From: a virus
DNA length: 21,480 bases
Strand: one strand, 5' to 3'
UHGV virus genome: UHGV-0072741
Part shown: piece after piece, positions 9,153-18,158 of the stretch
How the letters are laid out: each line of letters opens with the position of its first letter
Numbering within the stretch: the stretch's first letter is position 1
Translations under genes and position numbers: made by a program
Notes under the pieces: model-generated
What the model saw: only the letters and a program-made list of their open reading frames with translations
What the model was told of the DNA's origin: nothing
The model's database searches: none

Positions 9153-9272
9153 TGCTTTCACCTCATACAATTTTAGTGGTATTTAGCAACAACAAACGAG
9201 GTTTGTCAAATACAACAAAAATTGTTTTTAATGTGGGGATACACATTAATACAACCCAGAAGGACTAATCCC
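9153..9272. promoter_or_regulatory. Divergent promoter/operator region between the cro-like and cI-like genes (OR-like)
   Basis: Perfect palindromes ACAAAC-gag-GTTTGT (9192..9206) and AACAA-aaa-TTGTT (9214..9226) in a 120-bp AT-rich intergenic region between divergent HTH genes. Confidence 0.5.
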
Positions 9273-9896
9273 ATGTCTCTCGCAGCCCGTTTTAAAGCAC
9301 GTCGTTTGGAATTAGGAATGACTCAAGTGGAAGTAGCGAATTCTGCAGGGGTTAGCCAACAATCCATAGAATCCATCGAAAGTGGACGAACCAGAAAGCC
9401 ACGCAATCTTCTGGATCTGGCTAAGGCCTTGAAATGTAGCCCAGACTGGCTACTGAACGGTAAAAATATTATGCCTCTCACAGAGATAAGTACCAGACGC
9501 ATACCTATATTAAGCTACGTTCAGGCAGGAGAGCTTACAGAAGCAAGAGACATAACAGATCTGACAGGGGAATTTGAATATATTTTGGCAGACTCTGACA
9601 TTCCAGAAACATGCTTCGCATTACGTATTGATGGCGACAGCATGCAACCAGAGTTTAAAGAAGGAGACATTGTTATCATCGATCCTGATCTATGTCCTGC
9701 ACCAGGGGAGTTTGTTGTCGCCAAAAACGACGGTCACGAAGCTACATTTAAAAAATACCGTCCATTAGGAATCGGCATCGACGACTTTGAATTAATCCCC
9801 CTAAATCCTGATTACCCTATTTTTCGTAGTGCAGATATGAACTTACAGATCATAGGTGTAATGATCGAACACCGTATTTACCGCCGTAAACGTTAG
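9273..9896 (+). CDS. cI-like repressor: N-terminal HTH plus C-terminal S24 (LexA-like) self-cleaving peptidase domain
   Basis: HTH MTQVEVANSAGVSQQSIESIE; Ala-Gly cleavage site in YVQAGEL; catalytic Ser in GDSMQP and a downstream Lys. Start at the ATG preceded by AGGA; the ORF-track start at 9222 is a TTG. Confidence 0.85.
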   Translation: MSLAARFKARRLELGMTQVEVANSAGVSQQSIESIESGRTRKPRNLLDLAKALKCSPDWLLNGKNIMPLTEISTRRIPILSYVQAGELTEARDITDLTGEFEYILADSDIPETCFALRIDGDSMQPEFKEGDIVIIDPDLCPAPGEFVVAKNDGHEATFKKYRPLGIGIDDFELIPLNPDYPIFRSADMNLQIIGVMIEHRIYRRKR

Positions 9897-10000
9897 TATT
9901 CCCACCGTAAATATCGGGAGGCGTAACAGCCTCCCTTACCCCATTTGTAAAGTCTTACAAATTAAATTCACTTAAATATCAATAAAGTAGTATTCACATC

Positions 10001-10051
10001 CCACAAAATACCACATTTGTGGTTTACACAATACAACTCAAATTGTATCTT
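10001..10051 (+). promoter_or_regulatory. Candidate OL/pL-like operator-promoter downstream of the repressor gene
   Basis: Palindromes CCACAAA-N8-TTTGTGG (10001..10022) and TACAA-N6-TTGTA (10032..10047) share ACAA/TTGT half-sites with the OR palindromes; possible -35 TTTACA (10023..10028) and -10 TATCTT (10046..10051) with 17-bp spacing. Confidence 0.35.
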
Positions 10052-10206
10052 TAGCCACAAGTCGAACGGCGCGACTCTAAACCATGCGTCGGGACCGTGG
10101 CGGGACAGGATGTCGGCAATACGGGTCAGTAAGTTCCCTTTGGGGTGCGGCGAAGCACTGGGTCGAAGCCGCCGAACCACCAAAGTGAACTGAATGAGGA
10201 AACGGC

Positions 10207-10401
10207 GTGAAAACGTATAAACCGCTCAAAAGTGAATGCCCTGCTTGCCAAACACAGCTTCAGACACCAAAGCCAAAACGATACCAAATCAACGAATGTT
10301 ATGAGCACTGCCCTGGATGTGGTGCTTTCCTGCATACCATTGCAACGCACTGGCGTGTCCGCTTCAACCTTGTGGTACCACGTACGCACAATACCAACTG
10401 A
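10207..10401 (+). CDS. Small zinc-ribbon protein (CPAC...CPGC), first gene of the early-left operon
   Basis: GTG start with GAGGA 7 nt upstream; two CxxC pairs (CPACQ..., CPGCG); followed by a strong terminator. Confidence 0.4.
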   Translation: MKTYKPLKSECPACQTQLQTPKPKRYQINECYEHCPGCGAFLHTIATHWRVRFNLVVPRTHNTN

Positions 10402-10432
10402 ATCATCCATGTAATTGCTGTGTGTAGTCTTT

Positions 10433-10459
10433 GCCCGCCTCACGTGACGGGCTTTTTTA
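10433..10459 (+). terminator. Rho-independent terminator
   Basis: GC-rich hairpin gcccgcctcacgtgacgggc followed by tttttt, immediately after the zinc-ribbon ORF. Confidence 0.6.
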
Positions 10460-10484
10460 TGTCTGAAAGCACACTCGCAACAGT

Positions 10485-10667
10485 GTGCTCCCCGATATGA
10501 AAAAAGGAATACAACCGATGAAACCTGAATACCTCCATCGACTGACGGGGCGCGATGTTCTCCGTTATCGCCGTAAAAACTTCGATTTGATGACCGGTCT
10601 GGCCGTTGCCACTGCGCTCGGTCTGATCATCACTTTCATTCTCCTTGTAGCGAGGACCACAGTATGA
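10485..10667 (+). CDS. Small protein with a C-terminal transmembrane helix; start uncertain (GTG 10485, ATG 10497 or ATG 10518)
   Basis: C-terminal LAVATALGLIITFILLV hydrophobic segment; the ATG at 10518 has AGGA upstream; stop overlaps the start of the next ORF (ATGA coupling). Confidence 0.4.
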   Translation: MLPDMKKGIQPMKPEYLHRLTGRDVLRYRRKNFDLMTGLAVATALGLIITFILLVARTTV

Positions 10668-11566
10668 GTTTAGAAACCAGTCTCGAACTTAATAATCAAC
10701 TTCTGGCACAACATAATGCGCTGCTTGAACGTCTTATCCGCACAATGGCATCAGGTATTGTTATGCATCCTGACACGATTTCACGAGTGCAGGAATGTCG
10801 GGATACAGCAACTGAAACTGAAAATACGTCAGCGGCAATGACACTGGATGATCTGGAGTTCAGCGACGTTATCGCACTGGCTGGTTTCTACCCGGTAGCC
10901 ACCCCTATCACAGAAGACATGCTGCAACGTGCTGTTGCCTACCGTGATGCTGAAGGCGATAAACGAGTAGTTCAGATTGATGCTCTCGACAGCGCATTAC
11001 AGGGCGTCAAACGAGCCAGAGCGCTGCTTAAACCTGCTCTCCTGGACCTGTCCCGTAACATCCTTAAGTTCTGGGACGACCTGCCAACCATCGGCGAACG
11101 GCGTGCTTTTGCCGAGCAGCTACTTGATGCACCTGCAGATGGGCGTGATGAAGTTAAGCCGAAAAAGGCCAGTAACAAAGATGGAGAACGCACGGGGCCG
11201 TTTTACGTCAAAAATGTATCCGGCACAGCAGCCAGTGAACTCCACACCTTACGCAAGTTGAACGAGATGCTGAAAAAAGGCCATATCGAGATCAACCGTG
11301 TTGAGTACCTTCAGCTGCAGGAAGAATTTGCACGCAGAGACGCAGCAAATTCCAGCCAGAATAATGACGCCAAAGATGACCATACAATTGATTTCGCGGC
11401 ACTACGCAAACAAGCTGAAGGGTTGATCCTCCAGTTAGCAAAAGGGGGTTACCGGGCAGAAGCTATTGCAATTCTGGAAAAACAGGGAGCCAGGAAACTT
11501 GGTGAAGTAACGGATGAAAATCTCGCTGAAGTAATCACCCTGGCTGAAAAAGCACTGGAGGGTTAA
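10664..11566 (+). CDS. Hypothetical protein, 300 aa, no family recognised
   Basis: Long ORF translationally coupled to the preceding small membrane ORF and ending 3 nt before the DUF2800 gene; acidic, helical character. Confidence 0.6.
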   Translation: MSLETSLELNNQLLAQHNALLERLIRTMASGIVMHPDTISRVQECRDTATETENTSAAMTLDDLEFSDVIALAGFYPVATPITEDMLQRAVAYRDAEGDKRVVQIDALDSALQGVKRARALLKPALLDLSRNILKFWDDLPTIGERRAFAEQLLDAPADGRDEVKPKKASNKDGERTGPFYVKNVSGTAASELHTLRKLNEMLKKGHIEINRVEYLQLQEEFARRDAANSSQNNDAKDDHTIDFAALRKQAEGLILQLAKGGYRAEAIAILEKQGARKLGEVTDENLAEVITLAEKALEG

Positions 11567-11568
11567 TT

Positions 11569-12870
11569 ATGCCAGACGTTCATGCACGACTTTCCCCGTC
11601 ATCGGCGCATCGATGGATGCGCTGCCCAGGAAGTCTGGCGCTGGAGGCCACACAACCGGATAAAGAAACAACTTTTGCAATCGAGGGCACTGCAGCGCAC
11701 GCGCTTGCTGAAAAAGTTCTACGAAACAGGCAAAGCCACCCGGAACACTACGCCGGATGCAATGTTTCTATGTTTCTCGGCTCATACCCCCTTCGCGAAA
11801 ATCCTGATGATACATCTGGCCCACAGGTGGATGATGAAATGGTCGAAGCCGTTGGCCGGTATGTTGATACGGTCTGGACTCTTGCACAGAATAATGAACT
11901 ATTGGTTGAACAACGTGTTGATTTCTCACATATAACGGGTGTGGAAGAATCTTTCGGAACTGCCGACGGCATAATCATCGCGGGTAACGAATTACAAATC
12001 CACGACCTGAAATATGGCAAAGGCGTCCGCATTGATGCAGAACAAAATGAGCAACTACAACTGTATGCTCTGGGTGCTCTCGAACAATTCAGCATGCTGT
12101 ATGACTTTGAGACTGTAAGATTATTTATTCACCAGCCAAGGCTCAACCACGTTTCAGAATGGTCGTTAACAGTACAGGAACTTCAGTCTTTCGGTGAACG
12201 GGCACAGGAGGCCGCAACCAGCGCGATCCTTGTTCTCAATATTGCCGAATGCGAAGGCATTGAGACACTACCGCTGGAAAACTTCATACCTGGAGAAAAA
12301 CAGTGCCGCTTCTGTAAAGCAAAAGCTATTTGCACTGCCCAGAAAATGCAGCATTTACAAACAGCAGCCAGCGATTTTGAAGATCTGACAAAGCCTGTCA
12401 GCGAAATAATCACCAATGCCAGCGCACGTGTACCTCTGTTAACCATTGAGCAGCTTGCGGAGATCTATAGCCAGGCCGACTTTATTGAATCCTGGCTAAA
12501 GGCAGTACGGGACCGGGTTCACAATGAACTCAATGCCGGACATCCGGTACCGGGGTTTAAACTGGTAACAGGAAAACAAGGTAACCGGGCCTGGAGTGAT
12601 GAAGAGGCAGCTCGCGCACTTCTGAAGGACCAGTTCAGGTACAAAACTGAAGAAGTATTCGACTTTAAACTTATTAGTCCCACAAAAGCCGAAAAACTTA
12701 TCAAAAAGGCCAGTCCGCGCCGTTGGTCAAAAGTCGAGGCACTGATAACACGAGCTGATGGTAAACCCACCGTCGTTCCCGAGTCAGACCCACGCCCCGC
12801 ACTCAATATCAACCCTGTAAATGATTTCGACGACGTATCCGACGATACGCTAACCGCAGACCTCATCTGA
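11569..12870 (+). CDS. DUF2800-family PD-(D/E)XK (Cas4-like) nuclease
   Basis: N-terminal [15 protein letters not shown] motif typical of DUF2800; cysteine cluster [10 protein letters not shown]; GGAGGG RBS; adjacent to DUF2815 and PolA as in known phage replication modules. Confidence 0.75.
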   Translation: MPDVHARLSPSSAHRWMRCPGSLALEATQPDKETTFAIEGTAAHALAEKVLRNRQSHPEHYAGCNVSMFLGSYPLRENPDDTSGPQVDDEMVEAVGRYVDTVWTLAQNNELLVEQRVDFSHITGVEESFGTADGIIIAGNELQIHDLKYGKGVRIDAEQNEQLQLYALGALEQFSMLYDFETVRLFIHQPRLNHVSEWSLTVQELQSFGERAQEAATSAILVLNIAECEGIETLPLENFIPGEKQCRFCKAKAICTAQKMQHLQTAASDFEDLTKPVSEIITNASARVPLLTIEQLAEIYSQADFIESWLKAVRDRVHNELNAGHPVPGFKLVTGKQGNRAWSDEEAARALLKDQFRYKTEEVFDFKLISPTKAEKLIKKASPRRWSKVEALITRADGKPTVVPESDPRPALNINPVNDFDDVSDDTLTADLI

Positions 12871-12885
12871 TTTAAGGAAATACCC

Positions 12886-13434
12886 ATGAAACTGAAGCTG
12901 AACAATGTTCGTCTGGCCTTCCCGTCTCTGTTTGAAGCTAAAACTGTAAACGGCGAAGGCGATCCGCGTTTCTCCGCAGTATTTTTAATGTCTCCCAAAC
13001 ACCCGCAACTGGAAGAAATCCGTAAAGCTATGAAGCAGGTAGCGAAGGAAAAATGGGGGGAGAAGTGGGAGTCCATTTATAACCAGCTGGAGAAAAAACT
13101 CAATCTGTGCCTGCATGATGGTGATGAAAAAGCAGAGTATGAAGGCTTTCCCGGCAATTTCTTCCTGAATGCTGCTAACAAAGCGCGCCCAGCTGTTCTT
13201 GATCGCGATCGTTCGCCACTAATTCAGGCTGATGGACGTCCCTATGCAGGGTGCTATGTAAACGCCGTTATCGATATCTGGGCACAGGACAATAATTTCG
13301 GTAAACGCATTAATGCCTCACTCGGCGGAGTCCAGTTCCTGCGAGACGGCGATGCATTTGCTGGCGGCGGAGTGGCAAGCGCTGACGATTTCGACGATAT
13401 CAGCGAAGGTGCTGATGCTGAAGCACTAATTTAA
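12886..13434 (+). CDS. DUF2815-family protein (phage replication module, SSB-like)
   Basis: 182-aa ORF with AAGGA RBS directly after DUF2800; conserved DUF2800-DUF2815-PolA synteny. Confidence 0.7.
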   Translation: MKLKLNNVRLAFPSLFEAKTVNGEGDPRFSAVFLMSPKHPQLEEIRKAMKQVAKEKWGEKWESIYNQLEKKLNLCLHDGDEKAEYEGFPGNFFLNAANKARPAVLDRDRSPLIQADGRPYAGCYVNAVIDIWAQDNNFGKRINASLGGVQFLRDGDAFAGGGVASADDFDDISEGADAEALI

Positions 13435-13485
13435 AAATATTCATCCCCCAGCTACGTGCTGGGGTATCTCATGAGGGAAAGAATA

Positions 13486-13665
13486 ATGTCACAGCCCGTA
13501 TTAACTAATCACCTTAAAACTCAAATCATCAATAACGCACTTGAGAAAGCGGGTATCCCCAAACGTAAATCAGCACTACGAGCTGCTCGTGTTGAATGGG
13601 CCGAACGTGTTCGGCTTGCAGCTATCGGGGGCGTAGAGAAAGAAGCTGAAATATTAAAAAAATAG
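13486..13665 (+). CDS. Hypothetical small protein
   Basis: ORF beginning MSQPVLTNHLK with GAGGGA upstream; the ORF track extends it to 13456. Confidence 0.4.
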   Translation: MSQPVLTNHLKTQIINNALEKAGIPKRKSALRAARVEWAERVRLAAIGGVEKEAEILKK

Positions 13666-13733
13666 AAACACTGGTATCAAAATTCCCCGAAGCATTAAAA
13701 ACCGCCAATAATATTATCAGGAAAGAGTGTTAC

Positions 13734-14114
13734 ATGTGTCTGAATCTGGCAGGTTCTCGGGTTACCGTCTATTTCAACGGTAACTATCGAGGATATGAAT
13801 CAGGGTCACCAGACCATATTCACAAAATCGCGCCGGGGGAATTTACCCTTCTGGCAAATGACCCTCTAGTTACAGAGTTTTACGGGTTTGATGCACTTTA
13901 TGAGCAGATACAGAGCGATGAGTCAGACATTCGACAGAATGTCAGCGCTGCACTCAGTAAAGTGCGCACAGTTAAGCGCCTGCTGGAAGAGTGGCCTGAA
14001 GCTAAAGAACTTCTGCCAGCCGATGCACCATCTGCTCCGCTTCCGCCAGCTATACGACGCGAAACTCTCAACGAAATGATCGGCCTCCCTTCTGACGAAG
14101 GGGTAGATGCTTAA
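13734..14114 (+). CDS. Hypothetical protein, 126 aa
   Basis: ORF with AGGAAAGAG RBS; no recognised motif. Confidence 0.5.
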   Translation: MCLNLAGSRVTVYFNGNYRGYESGSPDHIHKIAPGEFTLLANDPLVTEFYGFDALYEQIQSDESDIRQNVSAALSKVRTVKRLLEEWPEAKELLPADAPSAPLPPAIRRETLNEMIGLPSDEGVDA

Positions 14115-14181
14115 TATTTCTTATAACAAAGGCTGGCTTAAGAAAATAGTTATCCAAACCAGCCTACCGCAATACTAAAAA

Positions 14182-14451
14182 TTAAAATTCATTGAATTTA
14201 AAAAGACATTTCCCTATTGGATTGCCATAGTCTCTACATACCGAAATGCTGTCCCATACAGGCTGAGCCAAACACCCAAGAAAGAACCCAATAAGCGCAA
14301 AAATTATAATTTTGGGAAGAACACGATCCTTAGGACCTTCTTCACGTTCGAGCCATGCGCCACCAGCCCGAACTATTCTCCCTAAAATATAAAGAATGGG
14401 GAAAGCAATAATACCTATCAATGAAAGTATTCCGATACCAAAGCTAAACAC
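14182..14451 (-). CDS. Small two-helix membrane protein (89 aa) on the opposite strand inside the plus-strand operon
   Basis: GTG start with a perfect AAGGAG 6 nt upstream; two hydrophobic helices (FGIGILSLIGIIAFPILYILG; IIIFALIGFFLGCLA) and a cysteine-containing C-terminus; sits in a local AT-rich island. Confidence 0.5.
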   Translation of the reverse strand: MFSFGIGILSLIGIIAFPILYILGRIVRAGGAWLEREEGPKDRVLPKIIIFALIGFFLGCLAQPVWDSISVCRDYGNPIGKCLFKFNEF

Positions 14452-14507
14452 CGCCGTCTCCTTGTTTATTTACACCTACATAACCATATATCACACAAGG
14501 TTATTTT

Positions 14508-16571
14508 ATGTCCAATATACTATGGGGTGACCTAGAAACCTATTGCGAAATCCCTATTACGAACGGTACCCATGCGTATGCCGAAGGCGTTGAAGTGATG
14601 CTTTTCGCATGGGCTATCAACGACGGGCCAGTAAATGTGTGGGATATCACTGCCGGTGGTGGTATTCCACACGGCTTATACGAAGCAATCGCAGACCCTG
14701 AAACCCTGCTTTATTTCCATAACTCTCACTTCGACCGCACCGTTCTGCGTTATGCAATGCCGCGACTGGCACCGCCAGTCGAACGTTGGCGCGACACGAT
14801 GGTGCAGGCGCTGGCGCACGGTCTCCCGGGGTCTCTGGGGGAACTCTGCGAAGTACTAGGCGTCCCGCAAGACAAAGCGAAGGACAAAGAAGGTAAAGCG
14901 CTGATCCAGCTGTTCTGTAAGCCACGCCCGAAAAACAGCAAACTGCGTCGGGCCACCAGTAAAACCCACCCGGAAGAATGGCGGCGCTTTGTTGCTTACG
15001 CCGGACTGGATATCGAGGCAATGCGCGAAGTCTATAAACGTCTGCCGAAGTGGAATTATCAGGGGACAGAACTGGCGCTCTGGCATCGTGATCAGCAGAT
15101 CAATGACCGGGGCGTCTGCATGGACATGCAACTCGCACGCGCTGCGATCGAAGCGGTAGACCAGGAACAAAAGCGCCTGGCAAAGCGTACACAGGAAATG
15201 ACTGATGGCGAAGTGCAGGCAGCCACACAACGAGACGCGTTGATTAAGCACATTGTTGAATCCTACGGTGTGGAGCTACCAGACATGCAACGCAGTACTC
15301 TGGAACGTCGTATTGCCGACCCCGATTTACCATCTGCCGTGAAAGAACTGCTGGCTATCCGACTGCAGGCCAGTACTACCAGCACCAGTAAATACAAGGC
15401 ACTGATGAAAGGCGTAAGCCACGACGGGCGCTTACGCGGTACGCTACAGTTCTGCGGGGCGTCACGTACCGGTCGTTGGGCCGGACGGCTATTCCAGCCC
15501 CAGAATCTTCCCCGCCCTTCACTAAAACAGGAACAAATAGACGAAGGCATCGAAGCACTGAAAGCCGGATGTGCAGACCTGCTGTTTGACAATATCATGG
15601 AACTAACCAGTTCAGCGTTACGTGGCTGCATTATCGCGCCAACAGGCAAAAAACTGGTGGTAAGTGACTTGTCGAACATTGAAGGCCGTATGCTGGCATG
15701 GCTGGCAGGAGAAGAATGGAAACTGAATGCATTCAGAGAGTACGACGCCGGAACGGGTTCGGACTTATATAAACTGGCGTATGCAAAAGCTTTCGATATT
15801 ACACCAGATGATGTTGATAAACACATGCGTCAGATCGGTAAAGTCATGGAACTCGGTCTGGGTTATGGTGGTGGTGTGTCGGCCTTCATCACTTTTGCAC
15901 TGGTTTACGGTCTCGATCTCGACGAGCTGGCGAACGCCGCACTACCAAACATTCCCCGCGATGTTATCCGCGAGGCGAAAAGCTGGTACGACGAATCGGT
16001 TAAACGCAAGTCAACCTACGGGCTTTCTGAACGGGTATTTATCGCCTGCGACTCACTTAAACGTCTCTGGCGCCGGGCGCATCCCGCGACCTGTGATTTC
16101 TGGTACGAACTGGAGCGCACCGTCCGCACTGCAATCGCCACACCGCAAAAAACATTGTATTGCGGTTATCTTAAAATCCGCCGCGATGGCGCGTGGCTGC
16201 GCATACAGCTACCATCCGGACGCGCTGTATGCTACCCGTCTCCGGTTATCGAAAAAGGGAATATCACCTACATGGGGGTTAACTCTTATTCGCGTAAATG
16301 GCAACGACTCAAAACCTACGGCGGAAAGCTGGTGGAGAACGTTACCCAGGCGGCCGCCCGCGACGTTCTGGCCGGAAACATGCCGCTTATCGAAGATGCC
16401 GGTTACAGCATTGTGCTGACGGTACACGACGAGGTGATAACCGAAGCACCTGACACAGAAGATTTCAACGATAAAGCGCTTTCCGCGCTTCTCTCCAATA
16501 ACCCCGAATGGGCGCCCGATATCCCACTGAACGCTGGCGGTTTTGAGGCGTACCACTACCGTAAGGATTAA
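14508..16571 (+). CDS. Family A DNA polymerase (PolA-type, with N-terminal exonuclease-like region)
   Basis: Family-A motifs: DLSNIEGR (motif A-like), [16 protein letters not shown] (motif B), VHDEV (motif C); 687 aa. Confidence 0.9.
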   Translation: MSNILWGDLETYCEIPITNGTHAYAEGVEVMLFAWAINDGPVNVWDITAGGGIPHGLYEAIADPETLLYFHNSHFDRTVLRYAMPRLAPPVERWRDTMVQALAHGLPGSLGELCEVLGVPQDKAKDKEGKALIQLFCKPRPKNSKLRRATSKTHPEEWRRFVAYAGLDIEAMREVYKRLPKWNYQGTELALWHRDQQINDRGVCMDMQLARAAIEAVDQEQKRLAKRTQEMTDGEVQAATQRDALIKHIVESYGVELPDMQRSTLERRIADPDLPSAVKELLAIRLQASTTSTSKYKALMKGVSHDGRLRGTLQFCGASRTGRWAGRLFQPQNLPRPSLKQEQIDEGIEALKAGCADLLFDNIMELTSSALRGCIIAPTGKKLVVSDLSNIEGRMLAWLAGEEWKLNAFREYDAGTGSDLYKLAYAKAFDITPDDVDKHMRQIGKVMELGLGYGGGVSAFITFALVYGLDLDELANAALPNIPRDVIREAKSWYDESVKRKSTYGLSERVFIACDSLKRLWRRAHPATCDFWYELERTVRTAIATPQKTLYCGYLKIRRDGAWLRIQLPSGRAVCYPSPVIEKGNITYMGVNSYSRKWQRLKTYGGKLVENVTQAAARDVLAGNMPLIEDAGYSIVLTVHDEVITEAPDTEDFNDKALSALLSNNPEWAPDIPLNAGGFEAYHYRKD

Positions 16572-16576
16572 CTCCT

Positions 16577-16792
16577 ATGTCATTAAAATACTGGGACAAT
16601 CCACTTTATTACAGGGCTGCAAGGGAGGCTTTGCGACTTGAACAATCCGGCGAATATGACCGGGCAGCGAAGGTCTGGGCAAAAGCCAACCGCGAATCAC
16701 ATCACGAACTGAATCAGGAATGGAGTGAACGCAGATCTGATTTTTGCCTGATGCAGAATATGCGTGAAAAGCGTAAGGCGGTCGAAGAATGA
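16577..16792 (+). CDS. Small hypothetical protein (71 aa); possibly an ANR-like small regulator
   Basis: ORF with AAGGA RBS right after polA; W/R/C-containing helical pattern loosely reminiscent of the ANR family. Family assignment is a guess. Confidence 0.4.
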   Translation: MSLKYWDNPLYYRAAREALRLEQSGEYDRAAKVWAKANRESHHELNQEWSERRSDFCLMQNMREKRKAVEE

Positions 16793-17088
16793 TCGTTTAC
16801 GTTGCCGGGCCGATGAGCGGTTACGAGCAATTTAACCGCCCGGCTTTTCATTCCGCAGCAAAGAGGCTAACGGACAAGGGATATGTTGTGCTTAACCCCG
16901 CAACTTTACCCAATGGTTTGACACAGGCTCAGTATATGGACATCTGCCTCGCAATGCTTCGCTGTGCCGATACGATTTATATGCTCAAAGAGTGGGAGTA
17001 CTCTGCTGGCGCACGTGCAGAACACGCGTTGGCAGAGAAACTGGAATTGAATGTGCTTTTTGAAGAGTGGGATTCAGATGGCCTATGA
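16789..17088 (+). CDS. DUF4406-family protein (nucleoside 2-deoxyribosyltransferase-like)
   Basis: N-terminal MIVYVAGPMSGYEQFNRPAF matches the conserved DUF4406 start pattern; overlaps its neighbours by 4 and 11 nt. Confidence 0.6.
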   Translation: MIVYVAGPMSGYEQFNRPAFHSAAKRLTDKGYVVLNPATLPNGLTQAQYMDICLAMLRCADTIYMLKEWEYSAGARAEHALAEKLELNVLFEEWDSDGL

Positions 17089-17347
17089 ACGTGAAAGCCT
17101 TATCGAAAAGCACCTCGTCGCTGAAGTGAAAAAAGCTGGCGGAGTGGCCTTTAAGTTTGTATCTCCCGGTCACCGCTCGGTACCAGATCGCATTGTCCTG
17201 CTACCCGGTGGTCGTATCGTTTTCGTTGAATGTAAATCCCCCGGCAAACCACCACGACCTGACCAGTTGCGCACACATAAACGTCTGCGAAAGCTGGGCT
17301 TTACCGTGGTGGTACTGGATAGCAAAGATCTGGAGGAGATTATTTAA
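17078..17347 (+). CDS. VRR-NUC domain nuclease
   Basis: PDRIVLLPGGRIVFVECKSPGKPPRPDQ contains the D...E.K nuclease motif; ATG at 17078 overlaps the DUF4406 stop; the ORF track starts earlier at 17051. Confidence 0.7.
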   Translation: MAYERESLIEKHLVAEVKKAGGVAFKFVSPGHRSVPDRIVLLPGGRIVFVECKSPGKPPRPDQLRTHKRLRKLGFTVVVLDSKDLEEII

Positions 17348-18099
17348 AAAGATAGATGCCAGGTATCATCAAAACAATGCCTATAAAAGTTTATTTTTGC
17401 TTCATCTTTAACTCTTCTAAACTTCATTTTGGCATCATATGGAATCAGCACAAAATCTTTGTCGTATTCATCACAACGACCCAGAATGAAACCGTTACTA
17501 CTTTTAGAAAGTAGTATAAATGGAGCATCAGTTGTAGTTGAGAGCTCATTCTCACCGTTGTCAAATTCCGGATAAGAGACTTTATCGGATGATGAATTAA
17601 CGAATCCTGCAAGAAATGATAGCAGCAGTAGACATGTTGTCCCAATGATAGCGGAAGAAAATTTACCTATCAGTATAGATTTAAAAACATCGCTCCAAAC
17701 TACAATCATGATTATGAACACAACAACAATAATACCAAGACACACAAGGAAAATCGCTTTACCACTATAAATCAATAAGTACAGTTCTTTAGGGTTGAAA
17801 ACATTAAAGGTATAAACGCCTAAGATCCATATTGAGTAAACACCAGTAATAAGAAACCATATGAGCGACGTTCTTTTTGACAAGCCAAACCAAAAAACAC
17901 AAAGAAGCGGTAAAAATATCGTCAATATTTTAAATGAAGTTATAAGAATAATATTGATATTTATATCAATAAACTCTACAGGGTATTCAAAATAATAACT
18001 CTCCCCAAGCAAATAAGCATATGTCAAAATATAAAGCAATGCCGAAATAGTAGATATTGATGACAAATCCTTGAGGAATTCTCTAGCCGTAATTTTCAT
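17344..18099 (-). CDS. Multi-pass membrane protein of unknown function (251 aa); AT-rich moron and candidate accessory/defence gene
   Basis: About five predicted transmembrane helices followed by an ~80-aa soluble C-terminal domain; opposite strand to all neighbours; strongly AT-rich (by eye roughly 30% GC versus about 50% around it); has its own promoter. Confidence 0.65.
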   Translation of the reverse strand: MKITAREFLKDLSSISTISALLYILTYAYLLGESYYFEYPVEFIDININIILITSFKILTIFLPLLCVFWFGLSKRTSLIWFLITGVYSIWILGVYTFNVFNPKELYLLIYSGKAIFLVCLGIIVVVFIIMIVVWSDVFKSILIGKFSSAIIGTTCLLLLSFLAGFVNSSSDKVSYPEFDNGENELSTTTDAPFILLSKSSNGFILGRCDEYDKDFVLIPYDAKMKFRRVKDEAKINFYRHCFDDTWHLSF

Positions 18100-18130
18100 T
18101 ATATTTACTCAAAGTTATGTTAATGAGAAT

Positions 18131-18158
18131 ATTATATGTTCATCCAACACAGTTTCAA
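18131..18158 (-). promoter_or_regulatory. Near-consensus sigma70 promoter for the membrane-protein moron, overlapping the SNF2 helicase start codon
   Basis: Minus-strand reading TTGAAA-16 nt-TATAAT, about 31 nt upstream of the moron ATG; the -10 hexamer (forward 18131..18136) abuts the helicase ATG at 18136. Confidence 0.45.

Noticed and set aside
9968-10443. Minus-strand ORFs 9968..10183 and 10126..10443 in the region downstream of cI
   Set aside because: They run antisense through the putative operator/leader and the zinc-ribbon gene, lack RBS motifs, and the region is better explained by regulatory sequence plus the plus-strand gene.
14635-16556. ORFs nested within or antisense to polA (e.g. 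14647..15021, 14856..15251, 15263..15826, 15727..16419, 16209..16556)
   Set aside because: The family-A polymerase motifs confirm the plus-strand 687-aa frame; the nested ORFs are frame artefacts.
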